Shown one piece after another: positions 47,069-57,208 of a stretch of DNA of 64,000 nt (position 1 is the first letter of the stretch; the number at the start of each line of letters is the position of its first letter). The position numbers were made by a program, and so were the translations under genes. The stretch comes from an uncultured Dorea sp. (lineage in GTDB: Bacteria > Bacillota > Clostridia > Lachnospirales > Lachnospiraceae): contig CAZYVA010000001.1 of the NCBI GenBank assembly GCA_964650695.1, positions 1,970 to 65,969 on the forward strand. The letters run 5' to 3'. The notes below the pieces were generated by a model. It was not told the DNA's origin and ran no database searches. It saw nothing but the letters and a program-made list of their open reading frames with translations.

Positions 47069-47437
47069 TCAATTAGACTGGTAACCTCCCCACAGAAAAA
47101 GAAGCGGAATAACCAGCCCCAGGATCGATGAAGCGGAAAATCCGTCCGATACCGCTGTCATGACCATATTGATCAATGCCAAAACCAGGATGACGCATCC
47201 CCATATCAAAACATTCTGCCTGGATTTATACTGGAGCCCAACGACGCCTGCCACAATTTCCGCAACTGCGCCGATGATCCCCATGACCAGGCTGCCTGTT
47301 GCCACGCTTTCTGTCTGCGCCAAGCTGGCAAGCTTGTCGCCGACCGCGATCAAGGCAATATCACCGATCAACGAGATAACGCCGAAAATAATCAGCAAAA
47401 CCGATATAACCTTTAATAATGTACTACGTTTCTTCAT
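47069..47437 (-). CDS. Small 4-TM membrane protein, function unknown
   Basis: 122 aa with four hydrophobic segments. GGAGG-like RBS (aaaggaggat) before the ATG. No family recognised. Confidence 0.65.
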   Translation of the reverse strand: MKKRSTLLKVISVLLIIFGVISLIGDIALIAVGDKLASLAQTESVATGSLVMGIIGAVAEIVAGVVGLQYKSRQNVLIWGCVILVLALINMVMTAVSDGFSASSILGLVIPLLFLWGGYQSN

Positions 47438-47529
47438 GTTCTGAATCCTCCTTTCTTTCTGTCACATATATGAGTTACCCGGCAAATGGAATGAGACTAC
47501 GGTTTGTCCCTCATCTCACATATTACATG

Positions 47530-48768
47530 TTACATCCAGCGCAGCGCATCAATGGGGTTCAGTTTTGCGGCTTTCCTCGCTGGATAAATGCCAAACACAA
47601 TGCCAATGCCACAGGAAAAACCGGTGGCAATCGCCATTGCCCGAAAAGAAAGCTTCGCTTTCAGCCCATTCAAGCCTATCGCGGTAATCATGGACGTCAA
47701 CCCCATTCCCAATAAAATGCCAATCACACCCCCCAAACTTGTTATAATCGCGGACTCACATAAAAACTGGGCCACGATCGATCCCGTCCTGGCCCCCAGG
47801 GCTTTGCGGATACCAATTTCCCTTGTCCGCTCCGTCACGGATACAAGCATAATATTCATGACCCCGATCCCTCCGACAACGAGGGAAATCCCTGCCACCA
47901 ATGCTATGAACGCTGTGATCCCATCCATGATCGGCCCAAACAAATCGTCCAGTTCCATGTCTTTTTGCTGTACAAAAGGGTTCTCCCCCAAATCCTGGTG
48001 CCTCGCATCCAAGATCCGGATCGCCATTTTGGCAATCTGCTGAAGCTTGTCCGGATCTGCGGCTGTAATCGCCACCGATGAGAAACCATCAATGGGATCT
48101 CCAAAATCAGCCGCAAGCGAAAAAGGAAGTTCCAGGGAAATACTTTTATCCATATCCATATCCTGGGAAGATTCTTCCATCTCCATTTCTTCCGATGACG
48201 TCTCGCGGATCCCCAGGACCGACAATTCCTCAATGGTGTTTTCGATATTGACTTCGATCTCCATCCCGATGACGTCGGTGTTCCCAAAAAGGTACAGCGC
48301 TGTGATCTCATCAATGACGCAAACCCGCCGGCGGCCTGTGATATCCTGTTCCGTAAAGTAGCTGCCGCTGACGACAGGGGAGGTATACTGCGCATCCGCG
48401 TAGCCGGCAGTGGCATAAGTAATGGATGCCTTAAAATCCCCCTTGCCTGTTGTTACCATGCCCTCCGTAAGGGAAGTGGACGACATGGTTGTCACCAGCC
48501 CTTCCAGCGAGTTTTCCAGATAAAGGATGTCGTCATCCGTGATCACTTCGGTAGCTGTGACTTTGTCACTGTCCGTCTGGATAGTCACCGTATTGTTCTG
48601 CTGGCTGGAAGCATCCACGACGTTCTCTTTCAGGCCGTCCCCAATAGATATAATCGTGACGACAGAGGCAATCCCTATGATAATGCCGAGCATAGTCAAA
48701 AAAGAGCGGCCTTTATTTGTGCGGATATTCCCCAGCGACATTTTGACATACTCTAAAAACCTCTCCAT
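47530..48768 (-). CDS. MacB/FtsX-type ABC transporter permease
   Basis: N-terminal L..N..RS.LT.LGIIIG(I)ASV, a large extracytoplasmic domain, and a C-terminal FtsX fold with ERTREIGIRKALGA. Confidence 0.9.
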   Translation of the reverse strand: MERFLEYVKMSLGNIRTNKGRSFLTMLGIIIGIASVVTIISIGDGLKENVVDASSQQNNTVTIQTDSDKVTATEVITDDDILYLENSLEGLVTTMSSTSLTEGMVTTGKGDFKASITYATAGYADAQYTSPVVSGSYFTEQDITGRRRVCVIDEITALYLFGNTDVIGMEIEVNIENTIEELSVLGIRETSSEEMEMEESSQDMDMDKSISLELPFSLAADFGDPIDGFSSVAITAADPDKLQQIAKMAIRILDARHQDLGENPFVQQKDMELDDLFGPIMDGITAFIALVAGISLVVGGIGVMNIMLVSVTERTREIGIRKALGARTGSIVAQFLCESAIITSLGGVIGILLGMGLTSMITAIGLNGLKAKLSFRAMAIATGFSCGIGIVFGIYPARKAAKLNPIDALRWM

Positions 48769-48798
48769 TGCGCTCCCCCCTGTCTGCCGTAAACTGTA

Positions 48799-50460
48799 TT
48801 ATTTCTTATCCGCCAGCTTCGGCTCCGCTTTCATTCCTTCTTTGATATCTACGCTCAGTTCATCGACAACATAATCTCCCTTTTCCAACCCGCTTTTCAC
48901 TTCTACCTGCGAAACCGAGGATACCCCCAATTCCACCGGCTTTTTCTTCACGGTATCATTCTCGATGACAAATACAAAATTGCCGTCGGAGGATGCATTC
49001 ACAGATTCCGTCGGGATCACGGGCACCTGCTTTGCCTCGGCGGTCACCATCGAAATTTTGACGGTTGCGCCTATACAAATGTCTTCATCCGGATCGTTGA
49101 CATGGATTTTCGCGTCAATGGTAGGCGTGCCTTCCTCATTTTCCACAGCGATCCTGTTTATACTGGTCAATTGTCCGGTATATGAAGAATCGCCCATTGT
49201 AATATCGACCGGTGTCCCGACCGTAAGGCTGGCATAATCGTCCGGGGAAACTTCAATCCCAACGCAAACCTCTGACGTGCTTGCGATGCTAAATAACGCG
49301 CCTCCCTGGGCGGCGGCATTGCTGTCTCCTACAGTAAGGGAAGCAACAACGCCATCCATATCCGCCCGGATCCCTTCCCGGCCTAACTTTAGCAATTCTT
49401 CGGAGGGTAACGCCGCAAGTTCTGCCAGGTTATCGCTAATGTCTAAATTTTCTAATTCGGAAGAGGTCATCCCCGTATCCGCCGATGTGTTTTTCGCGGC
49501 TTCTGAAGCCTCTTTCCACGCGTCATACGCATTCTTGTACTCTTCCTTCAACGCCGGATATCCGGCGTCATCTATAGTAGTCTTGCTGGTCAATTTCGCG
49601 TTTGCTGCTTCCAAATCGGTTTTTGCCTGTGGAAGCAGGTTCTTTATCAAATCCTGGTACCGGTCCACCTCTTCAATCAATTTTTCTTCACTAGCACTTG
49701 CTGTTCCCGCGTTCTTCTTCGCCAGCGCCTCCTGATAGTCCTTTCCGGTCCCGTCATAGATAGCGGAGAGGGTTTCAATCTCTTTCTCGTAATCCTGGAT
49801 TGTCTGCTCCAGGCCCGCAATCTTTTCCTGCAGCGCTGCGATCTGCGCCTGGTTCTTGGCGCTTGCGTAAGCCGCTTTGTTTTCCTTGTACTCCTGTTTG
49901 GCCTCGTTCATCTGCGCCTTCAGAGAAGCCGCTTTCTTCGCGAGCTTTTTCGCCTTTTTATCCAGGGCAGCCTGCGTCTTTTTTTCTTCCTTGACGGTTT
50001 TCGCGTTCTGCTCACGGCTGGCTTTCGAGGAATTGTAAGCGGACTGTAACGTAAGCTGCGCTTCCTTGTTGTCCTCTTCTAAAGTGGACGTGTCAAAGCG
50101 GATCAACAAATCCCCGCTTTTTACCAGTTGGCCCACCTGGGCATAACAATTCAATATATTGGCATTCACCGGCGAGTAGTATGTTTTTATTTTTTCACTT
50201 TCGATCGTCCCGCTGGAATTGTACACCGTCTTTACATCGCCGTCCGTTACCTTTACAACATTTAATTTTGTGATGTCTTCCTTGTCTTTCTTTTTTCCTG
50301 TCATCGAAAAAAGGACCGCGATGATGACAATCACGCCGACCACCGGCCATATGGCCCATGGCGGGATTCTCTTTTTTGGTTTTACCGGCATTTCCTCATC
50401 ATCCAAATCATTTTCCGAAAGGATGTCCACGTCAAAATCTTTCTCCTGATCCTTTTTCAT
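48799..50460 (-). CDS. HlyD/MacA-type membrane-fusion (periplasmic adaptor) protein with a very long coiled coil
   Basis: N-terminal TM anchor. Lipoyl-like GDLLIRFD. ~250 aa of coiled coil. Beta-barrel and membrane-proximal domains (VIPTESV......VFV). 4-nt overlap with the ATPase gene. Confidence 0.85.
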   Translation of the reverse strand: MKKDQEKDFDVDILSENDLDDEEMPVKPKKRIPPWAIWPVVGVIVIIAVLFSMTGKKKDKEDITKLNVVKVTDGDVKTVYNSSGTIESEKIKTYYSPVNANILNCYAQVGQLVKSGDLLIRFDTSTLEEDNKEAQLTLQSAYNSSKASREQNAKTVKEEKKTQAALDKKAKKLAKKAASLKAQMNEAKQEYKENKAAYASAKNQAQIAALQEKIAGLEQTIQDYEKEIETLSAIYDGTGKDYQEALAKKNAGTASASEEKLIEEVDRYQDLIKNLLPQAKTDLEAANAKLTSKTTIDDAGYPALKEEYKNAYDAWKEASEAAKNTSADTGMTSSELENLDISDNLAELAALPSEELLKLGREGIRADMDGVVASLTVGDSNAAAQGGALFSIASTSEVCVGIEVSPDDYASLTVGTPVDITMGDSSYTGQLTSINRIAVENEEGTPTIDAKIHVNDPDEDICIGATVKISMVTAEAKQVPVIPTESVNASSDGNFVFVIENDTVKKKPVELGVSSVSQVEVKSGLEKGDYVVDELSVDIKEGMKAEPKLADKK

Positions 50461-51161
50461 GATTCTGCCCTCTCTTCCGTATTGATGAAATCCGCTTCGA
50501 TCCTTCCGTCAATAATCCGGATCACCCGATGCACCTGTTTTGCGATATCATCATCATGGGTAATAATGATCACCGTCCGTCCGCTTTTATGTAATTCCTT
50601 CAAAATATCCATGATTTCCTGCGTGGATTTTGTGTCAAGGTTCCCGGTCGGCTCGTCCGCCAGGATGATGGGCGGCCTTGCGGCCACCGCCCGCGCGACC
50701 GCCACCCTTTGCTGCTGCCCGCCGGACAATTCGTTCGGGCGGTGATGCATCCTGCTTTCCAGCCCTACCCGCCTTAACGCGCTGACCGCAAGCCTGCGGC
50801 GCTTCTGTCTCCCGACGCCGCGGTAAATCAAGGGCAGCTCCACATTTCCGATCGCATCCAGGTTGGCGATCAAGTTGAAACTCTGGAAAATAAACCCGAT
50901 CTTCAAATTCCGTATATCCGAAAGCTGATTATCCGACAGCCCTGACACATCCCTGCCATCCAGGAAATATTTCCCTGACGTCGGCACGTCCAAACACCCG
51001 AGCATATTCATTAAAGTAGATTTCCCGGATCCGGAATGCCCTATGATGCCGACCAGATCCCCCTTTTCGATGTCCAAGCTGACACCGTCCAGTGCGTGTA
51101 CTTCATTGACGCCGGGATTGTATATTTTTTTTATCTTTTCAATATGGATCACACTCGCCAT
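50457..51161 (-). CDS. MacB-type ABC transporter ATP-binding protein
   Basis: The probable start is [14 protein letters not shown] (51161) rather than the track's 51293. Walker [43 protein letters not shown] and ITHD. Confidence 0.92.
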   Translation of the reverse strand: MASVIHIEKIKKIYNPGVNEVHALDGVSLDIEKGDLVGIIGHSGSGKSTLMNMLGCLDVPTSGKYFLDGRDVSGLSDNQLSDIRNLKIGFIFQSFNLIANLDAIGNVELPLIYRGVGRQKRRRLAVSALRRVGLESRMHHRPNELSGGQQQRVAVARAVAARPPIILADEPTGNLDTKSTQEIMDILKELHKSGRTVIIITHDDDIAKQVHRVIRIIDGRIEADFINTEERAES

Positions 51162-51416
51162 CTTGTCCTCGTCCAAAACTGCAGGGAAATCCCTGCGCAA
51201 CCGGATGCCAAAGCCAAAAATCCCTGGCGCACGGAATATCCCTGATCTCAATTTCCCGCTTCCGCAAAAAAAGCTACCTTCATGAAAATACAATTAAAAA
51301 TAACATATTCCAATAAGGAAATACAACAGCAATGTGGGGGGACTTCGTGGAAAAAATATCACATCCTGGCGATATCCGGCCGCAGCTTAAGGCCAGCCTG
51401 TATCACCCGCCACGGT

Positions 51417-53921
51417 TCACTCATCCAAAAGGCGGAGCTTTCTGATCTCCAAAACGGCTTCCGTCATTGTAGAAACATCCAGTTTTCCGTAAATCGCTTC
51501 AATATGGGAACGGACGGTTGAAAACTTGATGCCCAGCTTCTCCGCTATTTTCCGGTAACTGTATCCTTCGCACATCAGTCCGGCAACCTTTTTCTGTCTT
51601 TCGGTAAGCATAGGTATCCCCCGCGGTTCCCTGTATCCGGAACGCATACGTTCCTCTTTCTTTTGCTCTATGCATTTAAAGTAAACCTTTTTCACAAACG
51701 TCTCTGACAAGCTGCCCTGGTAATCCCCACGGATGACCCAGTTTTTCAAACGGCATAAAAGAGGTTCCAACCAGATCCCCTCATTGACAAATACCTGCTC
51801 CAATTCAAGCTCCTGCGCCATTCCCACTGCATTTTCCAGACAAACGGTCGATTTTTTACGGTCTTTTTCCTTTTCAAACGTAACCGCCCTCAAAATCTCC
51901 AGTTCGATCACATCAATGGTTCTCCTCATCTCCTTGCATAAGGCAAGGAGCTTTTCCAGCAGGACCAGGGCTTTATCAAATTCTCCCGCAACCATATACG
52001 CCCTTGCGCAAGTCATAGATGGATACAGGTTCCAAAACGTCGGCTTCTCAGAAATGGGTACGGCGTTTTTTCCCAGCCAGTCTTCGGCCGCTTTCCGATC
52101 CTGGAGATACAATTGGTTTTTTATCGTGACGGCGTGGAAATTTGCTGAAAGATAAAACGCTTTTTCATCCGCGATCATTTTACGTGCCGCATTTTGTATT
52201 TTTTTTGCCTCTTCATAATCCTGCATAGCCCGATAGACTTCCATCAGTATCATAAAGACACAAAACCTGGATTCCGGTGCAAAACCCTGTTCCATTTTGG
52301 AAAATGCTGTGAGCGCGGCCACTTTGGCCTTTTGAAGTTCCCCTTTTTCATAGTACAGCCCCGCCCGGGTGCATTCCACCAACATCTCACGCTCTTCCCC
52401 CAAAAAACTTCCGAAATAAGCATCCAGCATATCTGCAGCAGCATCCACATCCCCGGCAAAGAATTCGGAAAAGTCACGGAAAGAGCGGTGGTAGAACGGA
52501 AAATAAAGGGTTGCCGTCCCCCGGACTCCCTGAAACTCTACTGTGGGCGGTTTTTTCATGGCCATCTCCACAATATCCTGCACTGAAAACCGGAAATCCA
52601 TCAAATATAAGAAAAAAACATTATGCGCCAGCTTCGGGGTGCGCTGCGTAATCCTTTCGTAATTCCCGTAATACTGATCCGCATAGTACCGGAAATCCTG
52701 CAGCCTTCCATCATTCCTGGCAGTGAACGCCATCATATAATACAGGTGCGGGAATTGCCTGGCCGCCTCTTCGTCCAATACATTGCGTACCACATACATG
52801 ACCTGCTCAGAATCGAAGGCCGCCCGGTCTACCGTCTCGAGCATGTCAAAGCAACTGGCAATTTCCTTGTAATCCTTTATGGCCGCAAACCGCTCTGTGG
52901 CCTGGCAAAAATGGTTCTGGCCCTGATGCCATTTTCCAGCCCGGCGCATCTGACGCACGCGGAATTCTTCCGGCATGGCAGAAAACCTTTTCCGTAAAAA
53001 TCTTTGGAACAGCTTATGAAACCGATAAGAGCCATCCTCCCGCCTGCACAAAAACGCGCCTTCCCTCTCTAGGCTGCCCAATATTTGCTCCGGCTCCTTC
53101 TCGCCGGTAAGCGCCCGGCATAATGGCTCCGTCAAGGTTTCCTCCATGCAGACCTGGAGCATGAACTTTCTTAATTTCCTATCCCATCTCTCCCACACAA
53201 AGCTTTCCAAAAAATCATCCAGCATGCTATCGGTGATCCTGCTGTTCAAACCCTTATTTTTGGAAAGGAACACCGCATTAACCCCGATCGGCCATCCTTC
53301 CGTCGAAGACATGACAACATCCGCCTGCTCCGGTGTGAGATCTTCTCCCCTTACTCTGTAAAATTCTTGTATTTCTGTTTTATTAAACAGAAGCTGCTCC
53401 TGTGAAAGGAACCGGAACTTATGCTTCAAAAGCAGCCCCCTGTACATTTTAGGCAGGAAAGTCCTGCTCAATATACAGATCCGGATGCCTTTCGGCAAAT
53501 ACAGCAGAAAATCCAAGACAGCCTTTTGTGCCTGGGTATCCGTAATAGAATGAAAATCATCAATGGCAAGACTTCCGCCGCAATCTTTTGGCATCGCAAG
53601 AACAGACCGGATCAGGAATTCCTCCGGGGCTTTATGAAAATCCGGATGATTCACAAAAGCGGATATCTCTCTTGCCTTTTCCATACATAGCCCACATGGG
53701 ATTTCCCGCAGCTTCCGGCACACGCCCTCTACAGTATTATCGCGCTCATCCAGCAAAACCATAGCCCCCGGCTCCGGAAAGCTTTCCAGCCACTGCTTTG
53801 CAAAAATGGATTTCCCAAAACCGGCAGGGGCGGATACAAAAAGGATCCGCGGCTCCGGCGGCTGACCGGCAAAATCAAGCAAACGCTCCCGCCGGAGATC
53901 GTCTTGAAATATCGTCATCAT
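51417..53921 (-). CDS. MalT-like STAND ATPase / LuxR-family transcriptional regulator
   Basis: 834 aa. N-terminal P-loop VSAPAGFGKS, a long helical/TPR-like middle, and a C-terminal LuxR HTH LTERQKKVAGLMCEGYSYRKIAEKLGIKFSTVRSHIEAIYGKL. Confidence 0.88.
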   Translation of the reverse strand: MMTIFQDDLRRERLLDFAGQPPEPRILFVSAPAGFGKSIFAKQWLESFPEPGAMVLLDERDNTVEGVCRKLREIPCGLCMEKAREISAFVNHPDFHKAPEEFLIRSVLAMPKDCGGSLAIDDFHSITDTQAQKAVLDFLLYLPKGIRICILSRTFLPKMYRGLLLKHKFRFLSQEQLLFNKTEIQEFYRVRGEDLTPEQADVVMSSTEGWPIGVNAVFLSKNKGLNSRITDSMLDDFLESFVWERWDRKLRKFMLQVCMEETLTEPLCRALTGEKEPEQILGSLEREGAFLCRREDGSYRFHKLFQRFLRKRFSAMPEEFRVRQMRRAGKWHQGQNHFCQATERFAAIKDYKEIASCFDMLETVDRAAFDSEQVMYVVRNVLDEEAARQFPHLYYMMAFTARNDGRLQDFRYYADQYYGNYERITQRTPKLAHNVFFLYLMDFRFSVQDIVEMAMKKPPTVEFQGVRGTATLYFPFYHRSFRDFSEFFAGDVDAAADMLDAYFGSFLGEEREMLVECTRAGLYYEKGELQKAKVAALTAFSKMEQGFAPESRFCVFMILMEVYRAMQDYEEAKKIQNAARKMIADEKAFYLSANFHAVTIKNQLYLQDRKAAEDWLGKNAVPISEKPTFWNLYPSMTCARAYMVAGEFDKALVLLEKLLALCKEMRRTIDVIELEILRAVTFEKEKDRKKSTVCLENAVGMAQELELEQVFVNEGIWLEPLLCRLKNWVIRGDYQGSLSETFVKKVYFKCIEQKKEERMRSGYREPRGIPMLTERQKKVAGLMCEGYSYRKIAEKLGIKFSTVRSHIEAIYGKLDVSTMTEAVLEIRKLRLLDE

Positions 53922-54050
53922 ACAAATTACCCTTTCTCATTCCTGTAAAAAACAGATCGCCCATCTCTGTTTCGCCCCCTCTGTTTCTGCCTTTAATTAG
54001 TGAATACTTACTTACCATTCTTCCAAAAAAAAGAATATCCCCCCTCGATT

Positions 54051-54650
54051 TCAAAGCCCCATGATTCCGCTGATCCCCTTAAACATAAGGTTCCAGATCA
54101 AATTCCGGCTTTCTTTATCATCCGGCAAATCTTTCGAAATGATCCGTTTGGCAAACAAGCCTGTTGTATCCAATATGTATGTCCATAGAAAATGGCCGGT
54201 CACCTCGTTGAATGCCTGATATTTTTCATTCATAACGTTTACAAAAGATATAAAACTTTTAAAATATGAATGCGTGTCTTCATCGTTTGCCAAAATAAAC
54301 TGGAGATACGGTGAATCCCTGTAGGAAAAGTAAAAGACTGTGCGGTAATCCTCTTCTACAAGCAAATCAAAATACGCAAACCATAATAGACGGATGAACT
54401 CCACCTCCGATAAGTCCTGTCCTGTCAATGCATACAAAGTGGAGTCCATCCGCGCAGCAATCTTTTTATGCATGACTTCATAACAGCTATACAGCAGTTG
54501 ATCTTTGGTCGAAAAATATTTATAAATCAATGCCTCAGATATCCCTATACAATCAGCGACTTTTTTCGTTGTAAAAAAAGAAAGGCCATGCTTATTCACC
54601 ATTTTCATTGTGACATCCAAAATCTCTGCTTTTCTGTTTGTTCTTTCCAA
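54051..54650 (-). CDS. TetR/AcrR-family transcriptional regulator
   Basis: N-terminal HTH KAEILDVTMKMVNKHGLSFFTTKKVADCIGISEALIYKYFSTKDQLL. Helical C-terminal ligand domain. Confidence 0.9.
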   Translation of the reverse strand: MERTNRKAEILDVTMKMVNKHGLSFFTTKKVADCIGISEALIYKYFSTKDQLLYSCYEVMHKKIAARMDSTLYALTGQDLSEVEFIRLLWFAYFDLLVEEDYRTVFYFSYRDSPYLQFILANDEDTHSYFKSFISFVNVMNEKYQAFNEVTGHFLWTYILDTTGLFAKRIISKDLPDDKESRNLIWNLMFKGISGIMGL

Positions 54651-54771
54651 GGGGCCTCCACCTTCTTCTTTTCAAAAAATGCTTAGGACTTCCTTTAAGA
54701 ACCATTCCAACATATCCTTATAGAGCAATAGGGTTCCTTGAGCCTTCATCCCGTCTCTTTCATTGATCATC

Positions 54772-55029
54772 CTATTCCTTTTGCTTTCCTGCCTGCTGCC
54801 GCCCCACGTCCAGCAAGCCTTTGACCATCTTCCCGTTTTTCCTGCTGGCCGACGCGGCCGCCTCCCGGTTTGCCTTTCCTGCCTCAATCAGCTCCTCCCG
54901 CAGTATCCGGACATCCTTCGGCGCTTCAATGGCAAGTCTTACGCCGTCGCTGCTGCTTTCGGCCACCGTAATGCGGATATCCCCGTTCACAACCAGGGAT
55001 TCTCCGGTCTTCCTCCTCAGAATCAGCAT
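54772..55029 (-). CDS. csrA: Carbon storage regulator CsrA (flagellar FliW-partnered type)
   Basis: The start MLILRRKTGESLVVNGDIRITV (55029) lies 2 nt after the fliW stop. GVRLAIEAPKDVRILREE is the CsrA core. About 12 aa longer at the C-terminus than B. subtilis CsrA as I remember it. Confidence 0.92.
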   Translation of the reverse strand: MLILRRKTGESLVVNGDIRITVAESSSDGVRLAIEAPKDVRILREELIEAGKANREAAASASRKNGKMVKGLLDVGRQQAGKQKE

Positions 55030-55031
55030 AC

Positions 55032-55442
55032 CTATGCCTCCTCCTTCTGAAACTCCCTCAACCTGTGGCGAAATCCATATTCCTGGGATTCCAGGATCAC
55101 CTGCCTGGCATTTTTTGTAACACAGTTCACCACGATCGGGCATTTCAGGTTAACCGTGGATTCCTCCGGCGGCTTTTTCACGACGCAAAAGACATAATAC
55201 GATAAATCGTCTTCATTGTCCGTTCCAAGGCGTTCGTAATCCTCTTTGGCAAGGACAGGATGGTAATCCTCTTTCAGCATAAACGGATCCATGATAATGA
55301 ATGATAGATTCTCATCGTCTACGCTCTGCAAAAGCAGGATCGCATCACAGTCACGGTCCATCATGATCGGGACAAACCTCTTTGAATCCTCGAAACCGAA
55401 CACACCATCGTCAAACTCAATGTATGCCTTTTCTTTATCCAT
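55032..55442 (-). CDS. fliW: Flagellar assembly factor FliW
   Basis: IEFDDGVFGFEDSKRFVPI, LLQSVDDENLSFIIMDPF and NLKCPIVVN fit the FliW family pattern. Lies immediately upstream of csrA. Confidence 0.92.
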   Translation of the reverse strand: MDKEKAYIEFDDGVFGFEDSKRFVPIMMDRDCDAILLLQSVDDENLSFIIMDPFMLKEDYHPVLAKEDYERLGTDNEDDLSYYVFCVVKKPPEESTVNLKCPIVVNCVTKNARQVILESQEYGFRHRLREFQKEEA

Positions 55443-55498
55443 AAATCTGCCTCCCGGCAGGGGAACTGTACATCGTTTCCAGCCCCCTGATGCTATGA

Positions 55499-56116
55499 TT
55501 ATGCCTGAACATCGACCTGTTCACCTGTAAAACGGGCTGACGCGCTCGGCGGCACATAGATCGGGTCGCCGATATACTTGATCTCGATCCCCGGATACTG
55601 GGAAATATCCAACTGAATATCCCCAGGTATGAATTTTATGTCGCCTTTTTCGATCTTCGCGTCGAAATTCAATTTATCCATCTCATACTCAATGGAGAAC
55701 TCCGGCGCTTCCCACTCGATATCAGGCCCGGTCGTCGGTGTGAACGCCATCTGCGCATTCCCAATCCCGGTTGCCGTGCGCTGCGCAAAGATCTCGTTCA
55801 AAGTCTCGCTCCCCGCCCCGATCTTTGCTTTCAGCAGTATCTGCCCTTCACTGGCGTAATTCGCCGTTGCCTGGTATGCAGCGCTCCTCCCCTTCTGCGC
55901 ATTGGTCTCGATCTGCCTCGCCGGCGTCGGCGACACAGAATTCCGCGCCTCATACGTGTCCATATGAAGCTTGATCGGATGGCTTCGGATCGTCATGCCG
56001 CCTTTGTCCCTGCTGATTTCCAGCTCAGCAGTCCCGCTTTGATACTCCAAAGAGGCATTTTGAATCTTTAACTCATATTTGATTGGTACGGTTGTAATCT
56101 GTAATAGCTGTTCCAT
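55499..56116 (-). CDS. Conserved flagellar-locus protein of unknown function (YviE / DUF6470-like position)
   Basis: 205 aa, no TM helices. It occupies the flgL-X-fliW slot held by yviE in B. subtilis. The family name is recalled from memory, not verified. Confidence 0.65.
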   Translation of the reverse strand: MEQLLQITTVPIKYELKIQNASLEYQSGTAELEISRDKGGMTIRSHPIKLHMDTYEARNSVSPTPARQIETNAQKGRSAAYQATANYASEGQILLKAKIGAGSETLNEIFAQRTATGIGNAQMAFTPTTGPDIEWEAPEFSIEYEMDKLNFDAKIEKGDIKFIPGDIQLDISQYPGIEIKYIGDPIYVPPSASARFTGEQVDVQA

Positions 56117-56195
56117 GTCATCCTCTCCTTTTCCTCTTCAAAACAACAATACCGTCTATCCAAATGCATATAGACTATGTATATACATTTAACCC

Positions 56196-57188
56196 TTAAT
56201 CCATGTAGTCTAAAAGCGACTGGCCCAGGATGCTTGTTCCAATCTTGAGGGACGCGTTGTAAACGTACTGCTGCCACATATATCCTGTAATGGCCTCAGA
56301 CGTTTCAATGCCGACCGTATCATCGTACTGCTCCTGGATATTGATCTGTTCGTTCTCCAGCTTGTCGCTTGTCGTCTCTAAAAGCTGCTCCTTGCTGCCT
56401 ATTTTCGCGAAAACGTTTTCCAGGTCTTTTAAGCCGTTATCAAATTTTTCCCAGAGTTTCCCATATGCTTCGCTGTCGAATTCATCCGCCTCCAGAAGTT
56501 CCGCCATCTTTCCCGCAAGCACGACCAGGTTGTTGCTTTCGCCATCATCATCCACGCCATAGCCCACAACCGCGATCCCCGGAAGCGCCGTGTCGAAAGC
56601 GCTGGAGGAAACGACGTTCCCCTCATCATCAAACTCCAGCCCAAATCCAATATCGACATAGGAATGCTCATTCGCCAGTTTTGTCATGACCTCTGTGTCA
56701 TTGACATCCTGCCCCTGGTAAAGCAGCGTCAGCCCGTCGTCCGACAGCGAAAACGGGACGTTTGACCCGTCCGCGCCCGCAAGCAGGAAAGCGTCCCCGT
56801 AGGTTGTATTCAAAATATTGACCATGCTCTTCTGCATCTCCCGGATAGACGTTGCATAAGCGCTTCTGCCGCCCTCTCCGGTCGGGTCGTTCATTGCGGC
56901 TACAGAATAATCCTTGTCAATGGTCTGCACGATCGAATTGATCTCAAGTACCACGTCCTCCTGGCTCTCGATCCATTTCTGGCTGCTGCTGACCGTACTG
57001 ATATAATCCTCATTCCTCGCGTACCTGCGGTCAAGGACCGCGCCTTTTGCCGCCGCGGAGGGATCTTCATAAGACAAGTCAAATCTCCTTCCCGTCTCCA
57101 CCTGCTTCCTGGACGCTTCCAGGCCCCCAAGGGAGTTTGTCAAATTGTTTTGATAATTCCGCATAATCATATTTGTCGTGATGCGCAT
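56196..57188 (-). CDS. flgL: Flagellar hook-associated protein 3 (hook-filament junction)
   Basis: MRITTNMIMRNYQNNL...L...Q..TG.R is a flagellin-like N-terminus. The C-terminal ...YNASLKIGTSILGQSLLDYM is a flagellin_C-like helix. Confidence 0.9.
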   Translation of the reverse strand: MRITTNMIMRNYQNNLTNSLGGLEASRKQVETGRRFDLSYEDPSAAAKGAVLDRRYARNEDYISTVSSSQKWIESQEDVVLEINSIVQTIDKDYSVAAMNDPTGEGGRSAYATSIREMQKSMVNILNTTYGDAFLLAGADGSNVPFSLSDDGLTLLYQGQDVNDTEVMTKLANEHSYVDIGFGLEFDDEGNVVSSSAFDTALPGIAVVGYGVDDDGESNNLVVLAGKMAELLEADEFDSEAYGKLWEKFDNGLKDLENVFAKIGSKEQLLETTSDKLENEQINIQEQYDDTVGIETSEAITGYMWQQYVYNASLKIGTSILGQSLLDYMD

Positions 57189-57208
57189 AAATTCCCACCC
57201 GCTTTCTG

